Under the pieces are notes generated by a model. The model was not told where the DNA came from, made no database searches, and was given only the letters and a program-made list of their open reading frames with translations. A stretch of 64,000 nucleotides of DNA from NCBI GenBank assembly GCA_000388065.2, contig KB932206.1. One strand, written 5' to 3'. The position numbers and the translations under genes were made by a program. Below are positions 35,970 through 48,477 of the stretch, one piece after another; position 1 is the first letter of the stretch, and every line of letters begins with the position of its first letter. This stretch comes from Fonticula alba ATCC 38817 (Eukaryota; Protista; Nucleariida).

Positions 35970-38900
35970 TCAAACCGGCGCCGAGTAGAAGAACCCGGCG
36001 TCGGCCGAGGGGGAGGACGCCGCGAGTTCCGTCCGGAGGCGCTTGCTGCGGGACAGGCCAGCGCGGGCCTGGCTGGCCACCTGAAGAGACTCGGCATGGC
36101 GTCCGGCACGGCCGAGAGCGGCCACCAGGGTGCCGAGCTTCCGCTCGTCAGCCTGGTACGGCTGCACCAGCCACCCGGGAAGGGGAAGCCCCCGGGACTG
36201 GGCAAGCCACTCGTCCAGCACCGCGTCATAGAGCTCGAGCTCGGTGCCGGCACCGCCACCAGTGGCATCGGCCGCCTCCGGCATGGCATCGGACAACACC
36301 GCCAGGTAGTTGGTCAGGCGCTTCCAGGCCTCATCGGCCCCCGGGGCCCGGGACCCGGCCGGCTGGCACAAAAGGGTCAGGTAGACACGCGTCAGCAGCC
36401 GCAGGAAGACCGGGCCAAACTGCCCGGCACCGGATTGCGTAGCCAGAGTGAAGGCACGGTCAGCATGGCCGGCGGCCACCAGCCCCGCCAGGGACTGCTC
36501 AATGTGCTGCCGGAGCAGCCCCTGCACCGGGCCCACAGGCAAGGCAAAGAGCCCAGCCCCGGGAGCAAGGGCAAATGCCCCGCCCAGGCAGGCAGCCACC
36601 GCCTCCTGGGGATCGTCCAGCCGGCCGGACGCCGGGCCCGTGCCTGTTGTCAGGTGCAGCAGCAGCGAGAGCCGGGCCTGGGCCGCGGCCGTCTCGCGCT
36701 GAACCTGCGCCAGCGTCCGGACCGAGGCCAGGACCGACGAGCCGGCGGCGTCCTGGCCGACCGCCAAGGGGGAGGCGGTGACCGGGCCGGTGGCGGCCGC
36801 CGGGCCGCCAACCGAGCGCGGCATGATCGACGCATCGCGCAGGTAGAAGAAAGCCTCCGCCCGGGGAAGCAACGACAGCAGCGAAGCCGACATTGCCAGG
36901 GCGTCGGCCACCAGCTGCAGGAGCCCGCGAGCGGCGATCGGCGACACGCGCGACTGCTGCGCGCCGGCCCCAAGAGCCAGCACCCGGGAGGCATAGATGT
37001 AAAGGATCCGCGCGGCGGCCCGGTGGGCCCGATTGCTGACATACAGCGAGGACAGGATCTTGTGATAGCAGACGCCGGTGGAGAAGACCTCAATCGGCCC
37101 GGCGGTCGTGGGATCGGCCTCGGCGGCGGGGGCAGCCTCGGCGGCGCCCGCCAGCAGGCGCGACCCATGCTTCAGGTCGGCCTCGCACGCGGCCCCGAGC
37201 TCGGCCACCAGGGCCACCGGGATGCACACCGGCGAATTGTGGGCCTTATGCTCGAGAGTCCGCTCGAGGGCCGCACGGACCGAGTCCACCGGGAGCTCGG
37301 CCAGCAGCCGAGCCTGCCCGGCCTCGCAAACCGTCGACACAAAGCGCTCCATGCAGCTCAGCTCCAGGGCAGAGCCACGGACAGTGTGCCGGGCCTGGTC
37401 CAGGAAGGGGCCGAAGATGAGCGTCCCACCGCCGGCCTGGCGCGAGAAGAGGGATGACGGCTCGGACGACAGGACCGCATGCGGCAGGCGCAGGGCGCTC
37501 AGGCGCAGCAGCGTGTCAAAGGCCTCGGTGAAGCGACCCAGCTGCAGGCGGCTGGTGAAGAGTTGCATCAGCACCGAGAAGTGGAAGATGGCCACCGCCA
37601 CGTCGCTGGGAACCGAAAAGTCGGACCCGGTGCCGGAGTCAGTGCTCTTGGTCTCGGTCGGGCCCAGGTACAGTTCCAGCACCGTCTGAGCCAGGTGCTC
37701 GACCAGCTCCAGCGAGTGTGCCATGTTCAGCAAGTCGAAGAAGTGGTTGATATGGGCATAGAGGGCTTCCGGCGAGGCACCGGCCGTCGGCACCGGGGCC
37801 GCCTTCAGGATCAGCGACACCAAGTCCCGGCCCGGGCGGCTGGCCAGGGTCAGCGCCTGGCCGGCGCCGATGGCCAGCTGAATCTGGGCCTTGGCCACGG
37901 CACGCAGGATTCCAGCCGACCGAGTGGTTGTCAGCCCGGCCAGCTGGAGCACCGCGCTCGGGGCGACATCCAGCAGGGCGAAAATGCCCTCCAGGCAGGA
38001 CAATGCCCGGAGCCGGCATTCGGCGAACAGATTGCCGGACAGAACCAGCGGGTGCGTGGCCGAGCGAGCGGGCTGGAGACACGAGGTGCGACGAAAGGGA
38101 GCAAGGCAGGGGCGGTCGCGGTGCGCATGGCGGGCGGGGCGCGCGCGTGTGTGTGCGGGAGAGAGACAGAGAGACAGAGAGGGAGAGAGAGAGAGAGAGA
38201 GGGGGGGGAGAGAGCAAGAGGGTGAGCTTCAAACGAAAGCGAGAGGCGCCAAACAGGCGAGAGGGCGAAAAAGGACGAAAAGGCAGCACGCGTACATCCA
38301 GCAGCAGGAAATCCGTCAGGCGCACGGCCGAAAACAAGTCCACGATAGTGGCAAAGGCAGCGGCGGTGCGCGACTCCTCCGGCCCGGTGGGAGTGGTGTT
38401 GGCCGACCGGCGGAAGAGCACCAGCGCCAGGGCCGCATGCGTCAGCAGGAAGCGCCGGCTGGCCACCGCCCGGGCCAGGCGATTGGGCGTCCAGGCACGC
38501 TGCTGAGCCTCCTGGCGGATGGCCCCCAGGAGAAGCTCCACGCCATTCAGCACGGCCGAGTAGCTGACGGACCCGGCGGCCACGACCGATGCCAGGCTGC
38601 GAGCCAGCTCCACCACCGAGGTCAAGATGAAGCTGCCGGGGATCTGGGCAAAGGGCGCATCGTAGATGATGGCCCGGGCCGAGATGCCAGCCGGCCCAAG
38701 AGGAGCCTCCTCCGCGGCCAGGAGAGTCGCCGCCTCCTGACCACCCGGAGCCCCGGCCAGCGCGTCCAGCACGGACGCCCAGCCGATGGCCGGGGCAGCA
38801 TCAGAGGCCCCGGCCCCGGGGCCGGTCGATGATAGCCGGCACAGCGCCCGGTCGAGGGCCACCCACAGCGGCAGCAGCCCTGTGCCAGTCAGCACGGTGC

Positions 38901-39822
38901 CATACGCCGCGCGGGCCAGGCGGGCGAATGCTGCCCACGGCCCGATGTCCCCACCGGCCTGGGCCACCAGCTGCTCTGCCATCTGGGGGAAGGGCGCGGC
39001 CACGAAGGCCCCAAAGAGATCAACCTGCCCGAGGGGCCGGATCTCGGAGAGAGCCTGGTGGCGCAGGAGGACCACCAGAGGCCCCTGGCCCCCGGGCACC
39101 GGGGCATCGGTCAGGCTGCACACGGCCACCGGGGTCAGGCTGCGCTGGTATGCCTCCAGAAGCAGGTCCAAGAAGTGCCGCCAGGAGGCCAAGACCGCTG
39201 ACTCCAACGAGGTGCCCAGCTCGCGGGCCTTCTGCCCCGCGACGGTCAGGATGCGCCCGGCGCACAGGCCCAGCACCTCGGCATCGGCACACCGCAGCGG
39301 CGCCTGCGAGAACATCTGCACCGCCTGGCAAACAACGGCCATGGAAAAGAGCCCCGGCGTGGCCAGGAACCGCGTGCCCACCGCGCTGATGACCTCCGGG
39401 TCCAGGGGGAAGCCCAGCCCGGCGGCGGCCAGGCGCTCGAAGAAGGCAAACTGCTGGAGGACCGGCGTCAGCAGCCCGGTCTCCAGGGCCGGCAGCAAGC
39501 TGACCACCTCCCAAGCCCCGGGAAGCAGCGGCCCGGAGGGGGCCTGCTCGATGGATTCACGATCCATCGGCAGCGGACAGCGCGCCAGCAAAACCGACTC
39601 ATACCGGGCACCAGCCGCCGAAAGGGCCGCCGGGGTGTCGCCCACGGTGAGCATGGTGTCCGGGGTGCGCGCGAGGGCCCACACGTGCTCGGTGTCGATG
39701 GTGAAGCGCTGCACACCCGTCGGGGCCGGCAGGCGTGGCATGTTGATGCGCTCAATATGGTCGCTACATTTGCGGGGGGGCGGGGGCACGGGGACGGGGG
39801 GGGGGGGGAGGGGAGAGAGTGA

Positions 39823-39905
<83 letters not shown>

Positions 39906-40878
39906 AGGGGTGCGTGCAGCCGCCAGGAGATGTGGCGGCAGGGCCACGGGTCAGACATGAATGCAAGCACACCAACAAAGGGCCAGAGGGGGCAGAGGGA
40001 GGAAAGGGCGGAAGAAAAGGCAGGTCCCGGGGGCCTGATGCAGCGAGCGCGATGGGCAGCCATGAACGCACTCGGAAATGCGATAGTGCAACTCCGCGAA
40101 GAAGGGACCAGATTTGTCCGAGATGTAAACCATTGCCCGGACGAGCAGCTGCTGGTGGAAGATCTCCTCGTCATCGCTGCCGAGGGAGTCCATGTCGGCG
40201 GCCTCCTCGGCGGTGATGGCATCCGCGGGCGATTCCTCGGTGTCCGACAGATCGCCACTGCCCAAGCCAGTCAGGGTGGACGCCGTCGCCGGGGTCAAGG
40301 GAAGACTGGCCGGGGAAGGGGGGGAGGGGGACAGGAGAGAGTGTGGCAGGGAAGATTAGGAATGGGAGCCTCAACCGGGGGAGAAGAAGGAGGCGGAAAG
40401 AGGACCCAAGCATGTGGGAGGGAGGTGGCGTACATGGAGACAATCTGCAGGCTGTCCGAAGAGAAGGGCTGGTCCAGGAGATTGCCCACCGGGGACTGTG
40501 TCTGCTGGGGCGTATGGGCATGGGACTGGCGGACGAGCGGCAGGAGGCTGTGCGTGTCCAGGCACTTCTGCGTGGCCACCGACCAGAGCTGGACCACGCC
40601 ACCGGCGGACAGGGAAAAGAGGAAGACATCGCGCAGGGTGGGCTGGTCATGCGTGGGAGGGGGGCTCGAGTGAGTGGATGACCCGGCGAGCGTGTTGGAC
40701 TTGGGGACAGGCCAAATGACAGCAGGAGGCCCTGGACGGGGAGGAAAATCGGGGGGGGGGGGGGGGGGGGCGTACATGGTACACAATGCGAATGGCCACA
40801 AAGGGGACAGCCTCTTGCACGGGCGACACAAAGCGCCGGAAGAAGGACTTCAGAGACAATCCCGTCTCGAAGGACTCC

Positions 40879-40914
<36 letters not shown>

Positions 40915-41717
40915 GGCGAGGGTGAGGGTGAGTGAGGAAATCTCGGAAGGTTGGACGAGAGCCACAAGGCAGGAGAGGGCCGCCGCTGTGATGTGCGACA
41001 GGGTGAAGGGCAGTCGGGAAAGCAGGGAAGGCGCGGAGGCGCGCGCATGCGCACAATATCCACCGGATGCAGGGCCACTTTGGTGCCGCATTCGGAGATG
41101 ATGGCCGTGCGCAGGGACCCGCATGCCAGAGCCACCACCGCGTCCGAGGGCGACACGGCGGCCAGCAGCGAAACCCCGGGACGAAGGCCGACGGAGCTCT
41201 CGCCCAGCAGCGGCCCGGACACAAAGTGCACTGTATCCACCCAGGGCTGGAAGGCGCCCTGCGGGGCAGGCGGCGGGACCAGGCGCAGGCCGGCGCCCTC
41301 CACCATCACCAAATCCAGGACCAGGCGGAAGAGCGACCCGTTGGCCGTCAGGACCAGGGCAAAAAGGCGACCAAGGGGACCGGCATTCACCCCGGCACTG
41401 GTGCTCGGCACAAAGAACACCGCCGGGTCCGGGACCAGGGGCTGCTCGAAGGTGAAGACAATCACCTCCTCGGCGACCACGGCGTCCGGCGCATGGTGCG
41501 GCCCCTGGGCATCGGTCGAGGCTGAGACGGCCTCTTCGAGCGCCGGCCGGGGGCGGATTTGCAGTTGCAGGCGGAGGCGCCGGTCCTGGCCGCAAAGCAG
41601 CAGCGTGGCATCCTCCGTCAGCGGGTGGGCCGACCCGGTGGTCGGGAAGACCACCACCTCGTCGGACACAGGCTGTGGACGCCCAAAGTGGCAAGGCCGA
41701 GGGGGCAGGCGACAGCG

Positions 41718-41771
<54 letters not shown>

Positions 41772-42080
41772 GGCGTGAGTAGGGGCGGGCGGGAAGGGGA
41801 GTGAGAGGGGGGGGGGAGGGGGGACGGAGGGGGGAAGGGGGGGGAGAGAGGGGGGGGGGGGGGGGGGGGGGGCAAGGGGGGCGGGGGAGGGAGCCCGGGG
41901 GGGGGCGTGAGTGAGTGGCACAAGCGAAATGGACCCACAGAACCGCCTGGGGGCATTGACACACGCGCGTGCGCGCACCTGAACATGGTTCGACGCGCAC
42001 GGGAGGATGATCTCGAACTGACGGTCGGTGAAGGAGTCGAGGACCTCCCCGAAGACCGGGGTCGCCAGGTTGGGCGCCAT
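35970..42080 (-). CDS. NUP160: Nucleoporin Nup160/Nup120 (Y-complex)
   Basis: Long multi-exon gene: beta-propeller region (FSLSAGGVVQLWS) then helical region with LFTSRLQLGRFTEAFDTL, CYHKILSSLYVSNRAHRAAARILYIYASR and LPGWLVQPYQAD, resembling Nup160 C-terminal motifs. ATG 42080 may be preceded by another exon. Confidence 0.75.
39825..39904. repeat. 80-nt G homopolymer (poly-C on the sense strand of a NUP160 intron)
   Basis: Read directly. Similar runs at 41719-41770 (52 G) and 7365-7409 (45 C). Confidence 0.8.
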
Positions 42081-42978
42081 GCTCTGGGGGGGGGGGGGGG
42101 GGGGGCGACAGCCGGTGGGGAGCAGGGGACAGGGGAACACAAAGGGGAGGGGTGGTGGTGGTGGTCGAGGGGTGGAGGAAGAAGCGCCAACAAGCGCCAG
42201 GGAGGGAGAAGAGGGGGAACAGGGGCGAGGGAGAGGGTAGAGGCGGCGGGGAATGCGGCCCACGGAAGCAGTGTCCCCAGGGCGGGGACACAGAAAAACC
42301 GTTCCCCCCCCCCTCCCTGGAGAGGGGCTCCCAGGTCGAAGAGAGGCGCCCCCCCCCCTCCCCCTGGGGACGAGCAGCAGCCGGCGCCTAGACAGCATGG
42401 GAAGGTAGTAGATGTGGTGCAACCTGCCTGCGCGCGTGTGGACGCTCCCGCCGGTTCCCCGTCCGCCCGGAAGAGCTCGCGGACCACGGGCGCATCACCG
42501 GCCACTTCGGCCCGGTGCGTGGGCAGCGGCCGCCCTGGGTACATTGGCACCCTTGTTCAGATCATGCTGGTCTCGGATCACGCGCCACTGCAGAAGATGG
42601 TTCTGGCGCGCGAGCTGACACTTTGGCGCGATCGCTTTTCAGGTCGGAGACGAGCAGGGCGCGGGCAGGCGGCCGGGCGTGATTGCCCCCGGTGGCGACA
42701 TTGATTGTTAGCTCGCGGCCGCCGCCCTGCGCCAGCGGCCCCGCCGATCCGACTTGGGCCGATCGAGCCTCCACCACCACGCCAAAGACATGGACACGGT
42801 GAAGGGCGTGCCCAGCGACGGGCCGCGGGCATCGGCCATGCTGGGCACCCTCCCTCCAAACGCGATTGCTCCCGCCCTGCCCCCGCCCTGCCCCCCCCCC
42901 CCTCCCCCTGGCCTCGCTATCCCCCCGCCATCTGTCCCGCCAGCTGCTTCCTCCCTTCCCTGCCTCCCCGTCACCAGT

Positions 42979-44346
42979 ATGGGCACCGGAATCTCGAAGC
43001 CGGCTTTCACCGGTGGCTTCCATGTTCTCGGGGTGCGTCGGCTCCTCGGATTGGCTGCCGCTTCTGCGCTGTCCCTTGCCGCGCCTCGTCGCCTCGCCGC
43101 CTCGCGATACGTGCTAACACCCCTGCCATTGTGCGACTCATGCGCGCGCACACACACACACACACGCACGCACGCATGCCCACATGTAGATCCAGCCGGA
43201 CTCGCCGGCCAGCGAAGCTCTATTGGAGCCGCTGTTCGATTACATTGTTGGCATTGCCTCGGTGGACCTGGTACAGATGCCAAACGTCCCCCCTCGCCCC
43301 CCCCCCCCCCCCCCCCCGCTCGAGGTCGCGCCCCATTCACACCTAACCACCACCTCGCAGATCCACACGCCCCAGCCGGAGAATGAGCTGGTCACCCAGC
43401 TGCGGAAGCACCTCCACCAGCCGGTTGAGCTGCTCATCTTCAATACCCGGAACTGCGAAATCCGAAGTGCGTCCCCCTCCCCCCGGCCATTCATTTGATC
43501 GCCCATGTGACGCGGCTCCCCTCGCTGACCACCAAGGGCCGGGCGGGAAATGATGATGATGATCATCATCATCATCATCATGGGAAACAAACACCCTCCC
43601 ATGGCCCAGGCGTTTCGATTGTCCCCAGCAACAATTGGGGAGGCACCGGCTTGCTGGGCGCGCGAATTCGCTTCTGCCGCCCTTCCCCCTCCGGACTGCC
43701 CACCTGGCGCGTGCTGTCGGTGGAGCCCGGGTCGCCGGCCCACGCAGCCGGCCTGGAGGCCGATACCGACTTCATCGTGTCCTCGCCCGATGTCCTGCTC
43801 CGCGATGACCGATCACTGTCCGAGCTCATCGCCTCCCTGCGCGATGGGGCGGTCTTGCGGCTGATCATTTATTCCTCCGCTCGCCGGGCATTCCGATCGG
43901 TGGTCATCAACATTCGCAAGGATTGGGGCGGCACGGGCAAGCTTGGCTGCGATATCGCCAGCGGCACGCTTCACCGGATCCCGGCCGATACCGACGCCGA
44001 TGACACCGACGCCGGCCCCATGGGCCCATCCTACCAGGCCTCCCGGGCGGCCTTCGAACAGGGACGAGGCGTGCGCTCCAGCCCCCCGCCGGCTGGGGTG
44101 CCTGTCGAGTCGAACCCTCCGCCAGCCCCCGAGCCCGGAGCCCCAATCCCCAGCCCATCACCAGCCACCTCGGAGACGGCCATGCCGGTGGTCATGCCGC
44201 CGCCGGTCCCGGGGCCGGCTCCTGATGCCGAGGCGCCGGCGGCCACTTCGCCCGCGCCGCCCACCGAGGCTGCTCGGCCATCGGCAGCAGTGTCGCCCAT
44301 GTTCATGGCCCCGCCACCGCCGCCTCCCGAAGTCGTGTCGTCTTGA
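42979..44346 (+). CDS. GORASP: GRASP55/65 Golgi reassembly-stacking protein (Grh1), tandem PDZ plus Pro-rich tail
   Basis: MGTGIS myristoylation-type start; GFHVLG|IQPDSPA..LEPLFDYIV; VPSNNWGGTGLLGARIRFC; WRVLSVEPGSPAHAAGL..DFIV; WGGTGKLGCDIASGTLHRIP. Confidence 0.95.
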
Positions 44347-44579
44347 CATGCGGCAGTCCCCTCCCCTCCCCGCTGCATCTTGCTTCCTCTGTTTTCCCCT
44401 GGCGCCGGCGCCGAATACCATATTTACATTGACCTGACGCTTGGGGAGCCCCCCCCCCCACCCCTGGGCAAATCCCACCAAGATGCTCGGAGGAGGGTGG
44501 GATCTCGAGGCAGCGCCGGCCGGGTGTCTTGCATTTTCCTCTTTGTATTGGCCACTTTCGTGGGAGCCACCAAGCGGCC

Positions 44580-45324
44580 TCACGACAGATCGGGATACCT
44601 CTCGGCGAAGGCCGCGTCTTCGGCGGCCAGGAGCCGATTCAGCTGGTCCATCCACCGATCCGAAAAGCCGGGGCTCGCCGCCCCGAGCGCGGCCACCAGG
44701 GTCTCGTGGAAGTCCAGCTCCTCGGAGGTGGCGGCCAAAACCGCCGCCGGGAAGCATTCACAGCTGACCGGCGACTCGGTCCCGGGGAAGGAGTGCTGCG
44801 TCGGACACCGGGCAGGGCAAGCCGGGCCGGGGAAAAGCCGGGCCAGCGAGGGCGAAGGGGGCAACGTCAGAAAGAGGATCCTGGCAGCCCACAGCCAGGG
44901 GCGCCTTCGGAGGCTGGCAGGCAGCGGGGGAGAGGGGCAGCGGGGCAACAGAGAGAGAGAGAGAGGGAGAAAGAAAAAGCAGCAGAGAGAAATTCGCATG
45001 GCTGCGCACCACAAGAAAGCCGCGCGCCGATGCGTGGATCAAAAACCGGCCGCCCTCTGGCGTATGGACTTGGTGCGTCACGAAGAAGGTGGACGGGCAG
45101 TATGTGGCGAAGAGGCAGTTGTCGGCCGCCGCGCACCCGCCCTCAAAGAGCTCGGCCGTCTTCAGGGCGAAGGTGTTTTCGGCGAATTCCTGGCAGACCT
45201 GGTCTCGCAGGCTGATCACCGCCTCGGCCGGGTACTCACCGAAGTCGCTGATCTTGCCTGAGAAAAGCATCAGCCCGCGGGACTGGCCCTCCTCGAGCGG
45301 GGCATCGGCGGCAGAGGGAGACAT
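44580..45324 (-). CDS. GSKIP: GSKIP-domain (DUF727) protein, stand-alone
   Basis: AEAVISL, QVHTPEGGRFLIHASARGFLV and FHETLVAALGAASPGFSDRWMDQL align with human GSKIP ([44 protein letters not shown]). The internal exon structure at 44760-44930 is unresolved. Confidence 0.65.
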
Positions 45325-46512
45325 GGTGGGTCTCAGGGGAAGGGAGGCCAGACAAGGAGGGCCTCAAGTCGCAGATGCGTACACACACACACACAGACGC
45401 GCGTCTAGGAGAGTGGCAGCAGTAGCAGCAAGACGGGAGGGGGGGGGGGGGGAGGGTTCACGGGGGAGGGGAAATGCTCGGGCGCTGGCCGGGCACTGCT
45501 CGCGGCCCGGCGGGCGACGCGCGCCCAACAATCACAGCCTCCCTTGGTCGGCGACGTGCCGGCGGGGTGGCCCCCCCCCGCCCCCTGCACCGGGCAAGAT
45601 GGGCCCCCTTTTTTGCCGGCCGGGAGCGCGGCGCCCGGCGATGGACACACGTTCGCCGGCACTCCGCCATGGTTTCTACGCTGGCACGTGACGGGCCCGT
45701 TCGGCGGCGGCCCGGCTGCGGGCCAGATCGCCGACGACCCGCCGGGCGGGGGACAACGCGCGCCGGCCGCGGAAACTGGGCAGCCGTGGCTGCAGGCCGC
45801 CTGCTGCCCGAATGGCGGCGGCCCGGCGTCCGGAGGCGCCTGTCGGTGGCTCTGGCCGGTGTGTGGTGAGTCCCACTCCTGCCAGCAGCCACCAAGACAC
45901 TTGGGTTGGCCTGCCCGCCAGCGCGGTGTCCACACGGACCCACCCCCTGTGTGCAAATGCGAAGGCGGATGTGGGCACGGCGGGACCCACCCCGCCAGGC
46001 TGAGGCCCCTCACCGTTTTCGGGCGCTGCCCCGGCGCCCTTCGGCGCCCGGGCCCAGGCACCCCGAGCNNNNNNNNNNNNNNNNNNNNNNNNNNNNNNNN
46101 NNNNNNNNNNNNNNNNNNNNNNNNNNNNNNNNNNNNNNNNNNNNNNNNNNNNNNNNNNNNNNNNNNNNNNNNNNNNNNNNNNNNNNNNNNNNNNNNNNNN
46201 NNNNNNNNNNNNNNNNNNNNNNNNNNNNNNNNNNNNNNNNNNNNNNNNNNNNNNNNNNNNNNNNNNNNNNNNNNNNNNNNNNNNNNNNNNNNNNNNNNNN
46301 NNNNNNNNNNNNNNNNNNNNNNNNNNNNNNNNNNNNNNNNNNNNNNNNNNNNNNNNNNNNNNNNNNNNNNNNNNNNNNNNNNNNNNNNNNNNNNNNNNNN
46401 NNNNNNNNNNNNNNNNNNNNNNNNNNNNNNNNNNNNNNNNNNNNNNNNNNNNNNNNNNNNNNNNNNNNNNNNNNNNNNNNNNNNNCCCCCCCTGCCTCTC
46501 CCTGCCCGAGTG

Positions 46513-48061
46513 ATGACCCGCCCGCTCACGCAGGCCAGCCGGGCCTCGGCCTCGGAGGCCGTCCACCGGGGCAAGAAGACCGCCTCATCTGTCGACTCGG
46601 TTGACCTGGTCACATCCTCCCCCCCCGGAGTGGGCTCCGCCCCGGCCCGATCGGCCCTCCGGGAGACCCTTCACTTCGCCCTTTTGGCCTCCGGTCTCTA
46701 TGCCTCCTTCCTGACGTGGGGTCTGCTGCAGGAGCGCATTGCCTCGACCACCTACCTGGCCATCGACGGGTCAACCGCTCGGTTCCAGCATTTCAGCCTG
46801 CTGTCGGCCTTCCAGGCGCTTTTCTCGGCCATCTTGGCCCGGGTGTCGCTGGCTCTCCTGCACAAGGACCGGCCCTTCCCCATCTGGCGCCGCGGCGCGG
46901 CCAGCCTGCAATTCCTGATGGGCCTGGTTGGCCTGACGGCTGCCTCCTCGAGCCCGCTGGCGTACGCCTCCCTCGCGTACCTGAACTACCCGACCCTGAT
47001 GCTGGGCAAGACGGCCAAGCTGATTCCGGTGATGCTGGTCCGGTGGGTGGTGTACGGCCAGCGGGCCGATGCCCGGAAGGTGTTCGCCTCGCTGGCCATC
47101 ACAGCCGGCGTGTTTGCCTTTTCCATGCTCGGCGAGTCCAGTGCGTCGGGAGGCCTCCCCGGGCCGTGTTTCGCCCCCCGCCCCGCCGCCTTGGCATCCC
47201 TTGCCTTTAATGACCCTCCCCCTTCTGCCCGCCCTCCCGGCCCCCCTCTGCCTGTTCCGTCCCCTTCCCTCAATCCATCCGGCCCCTTCTCCCCTCCCTC
47301 CCCGGCCCCCGCCCCCCCCCCCCCACCCCACCCTGCTTGCAGGTGGCCCCTCGAAGTATGACGGCCAGACGACCACCGGCGCTGGGCTGGCCCTGCTGGC
47401 CCTGAGTCTTCTGCTGGATGGCCTGACCAATGCCACCGAGGACCGGATGTTCCAGCTGTTTGGCAAGGGTGGCTCGGCTCGGTGGCGCCTGGCCCGGGGC
47501 CCGGCCGCCGGTGCCGCTGACCCCACCTCCCCCGACCAGGTGTCCGCGGAGGCTCTGGCCGCGGCGCCCACCTTCACCGCTCCCCAGCTCATGCTCTACC
47601 TGAATCTGGCGCACTTTTGCCTGCCGCTGGCCGGCTTCGGGGCAGCGGTCCTCCTGACCCGGACCCTGTCTCTGCCGGGGCCGGTGGTCGGCCTGCTGAC
47701 CCCCCTGATGGAGACATACAGCCATGGGCTGGCCTTCCTGCGGACGCATCCCGCCGCCCTGGTGGACGTGTGTCTGTTTGCCTTCTGCGGGGCCGTGGGG
47801 CAGCTCTTTGTCTTCGCCATCCTGGCCAAGTTCGGCTCCATCACCCTGGTCACCCTGACTGTGACTCGGAAGCTGGCGTCCATCGTGGCCAGTGTCTTCC
47901 TCTTCCGGCACCCGGTTACCGGGCCCCAGTGGGCGGCCATCGCCCTGGTGGCGGCAGGCCTGCTGATTGAGGCCGCCGAGGGGATTCGCAAGGCCGGGCG
48001 CAAGTCGCAGCACCCGGCCACCCCCGCCGGGGGGGCTGTCACCAAGCAGAAGGCGCATTAG
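46513..48061 (+). CDS. HUT1: UAA-family nucleotide-sugar/ATP-ADP transporter (Hut1/SLC35B1)
   Basis: GLYASFLTWGLLQERI, SLAYLNYPTLMLGKTAKLIPVM, LLLDGLTNATED, CGAVGQLF..FGSITLVTLTVTRKL. One intron (phase 1). C-terminal KQKAH is a KxKxx ER-retrieval motif. Confidence 0.93.
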
Positions 48062-48180
48062 TTGTCTGCCCCCATGCGCTCGTGACCGCACATGCACTCT
48101 CAGACATGTCACACCGACTCAGGCACGCACACACACACACACACACATGCATTGCCCTACGTGTCTCGATTCCACCGGAA

Positions 48181-48186
48181 AATAAA
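48181..48186 (+). promoter_or_regulatory. Candidate polyadenylation signal AATAAA for HUT1
   Basis: AATAAA 120 nt after the stop, between the convergent HUT1 and COX15 genes. Confidence 0.45.
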
Positions 48187-48477
48187 CACCCCCCTCCAGT
48201 TGCACATTCATGTGGCCCTCCGGCAAAAGAGGGCCACACGAAAGGGCCAAGGGGCCAGCCAAGAGGAAGAAGAGAAGAATGTCTATTATGCCGGGCCGAG
48301 CAGTGCGCAGGTGTGCCCAAACCGGGAGGGTTGTTCATCGCGGAGGGAGAGGAAAGGCCCGAGGAGGCAGCCCCGTGCGATGCGCTGCGGGGAGAAGGGG
48401 GAGAAAGATGACGATGATGATGATCATGATCATGATGATCATGATGGGGACGCGGAGCCGGGGAGGAGGTCGTCGGG

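Noticed and set aside
43550-43582. Natural His-tag (DDDDHHHHHH) in GRASP
   Set aside because: Phase analysis places the tract inside an intron; the in-phase acceptor is at ~43608.
48407-48446. GAT/CAT-rich short palindromes in the COX15 3' region
   Set aside because: The longest perfect palindrome is only 14 nt within a degenerate trinucleotide repeat.
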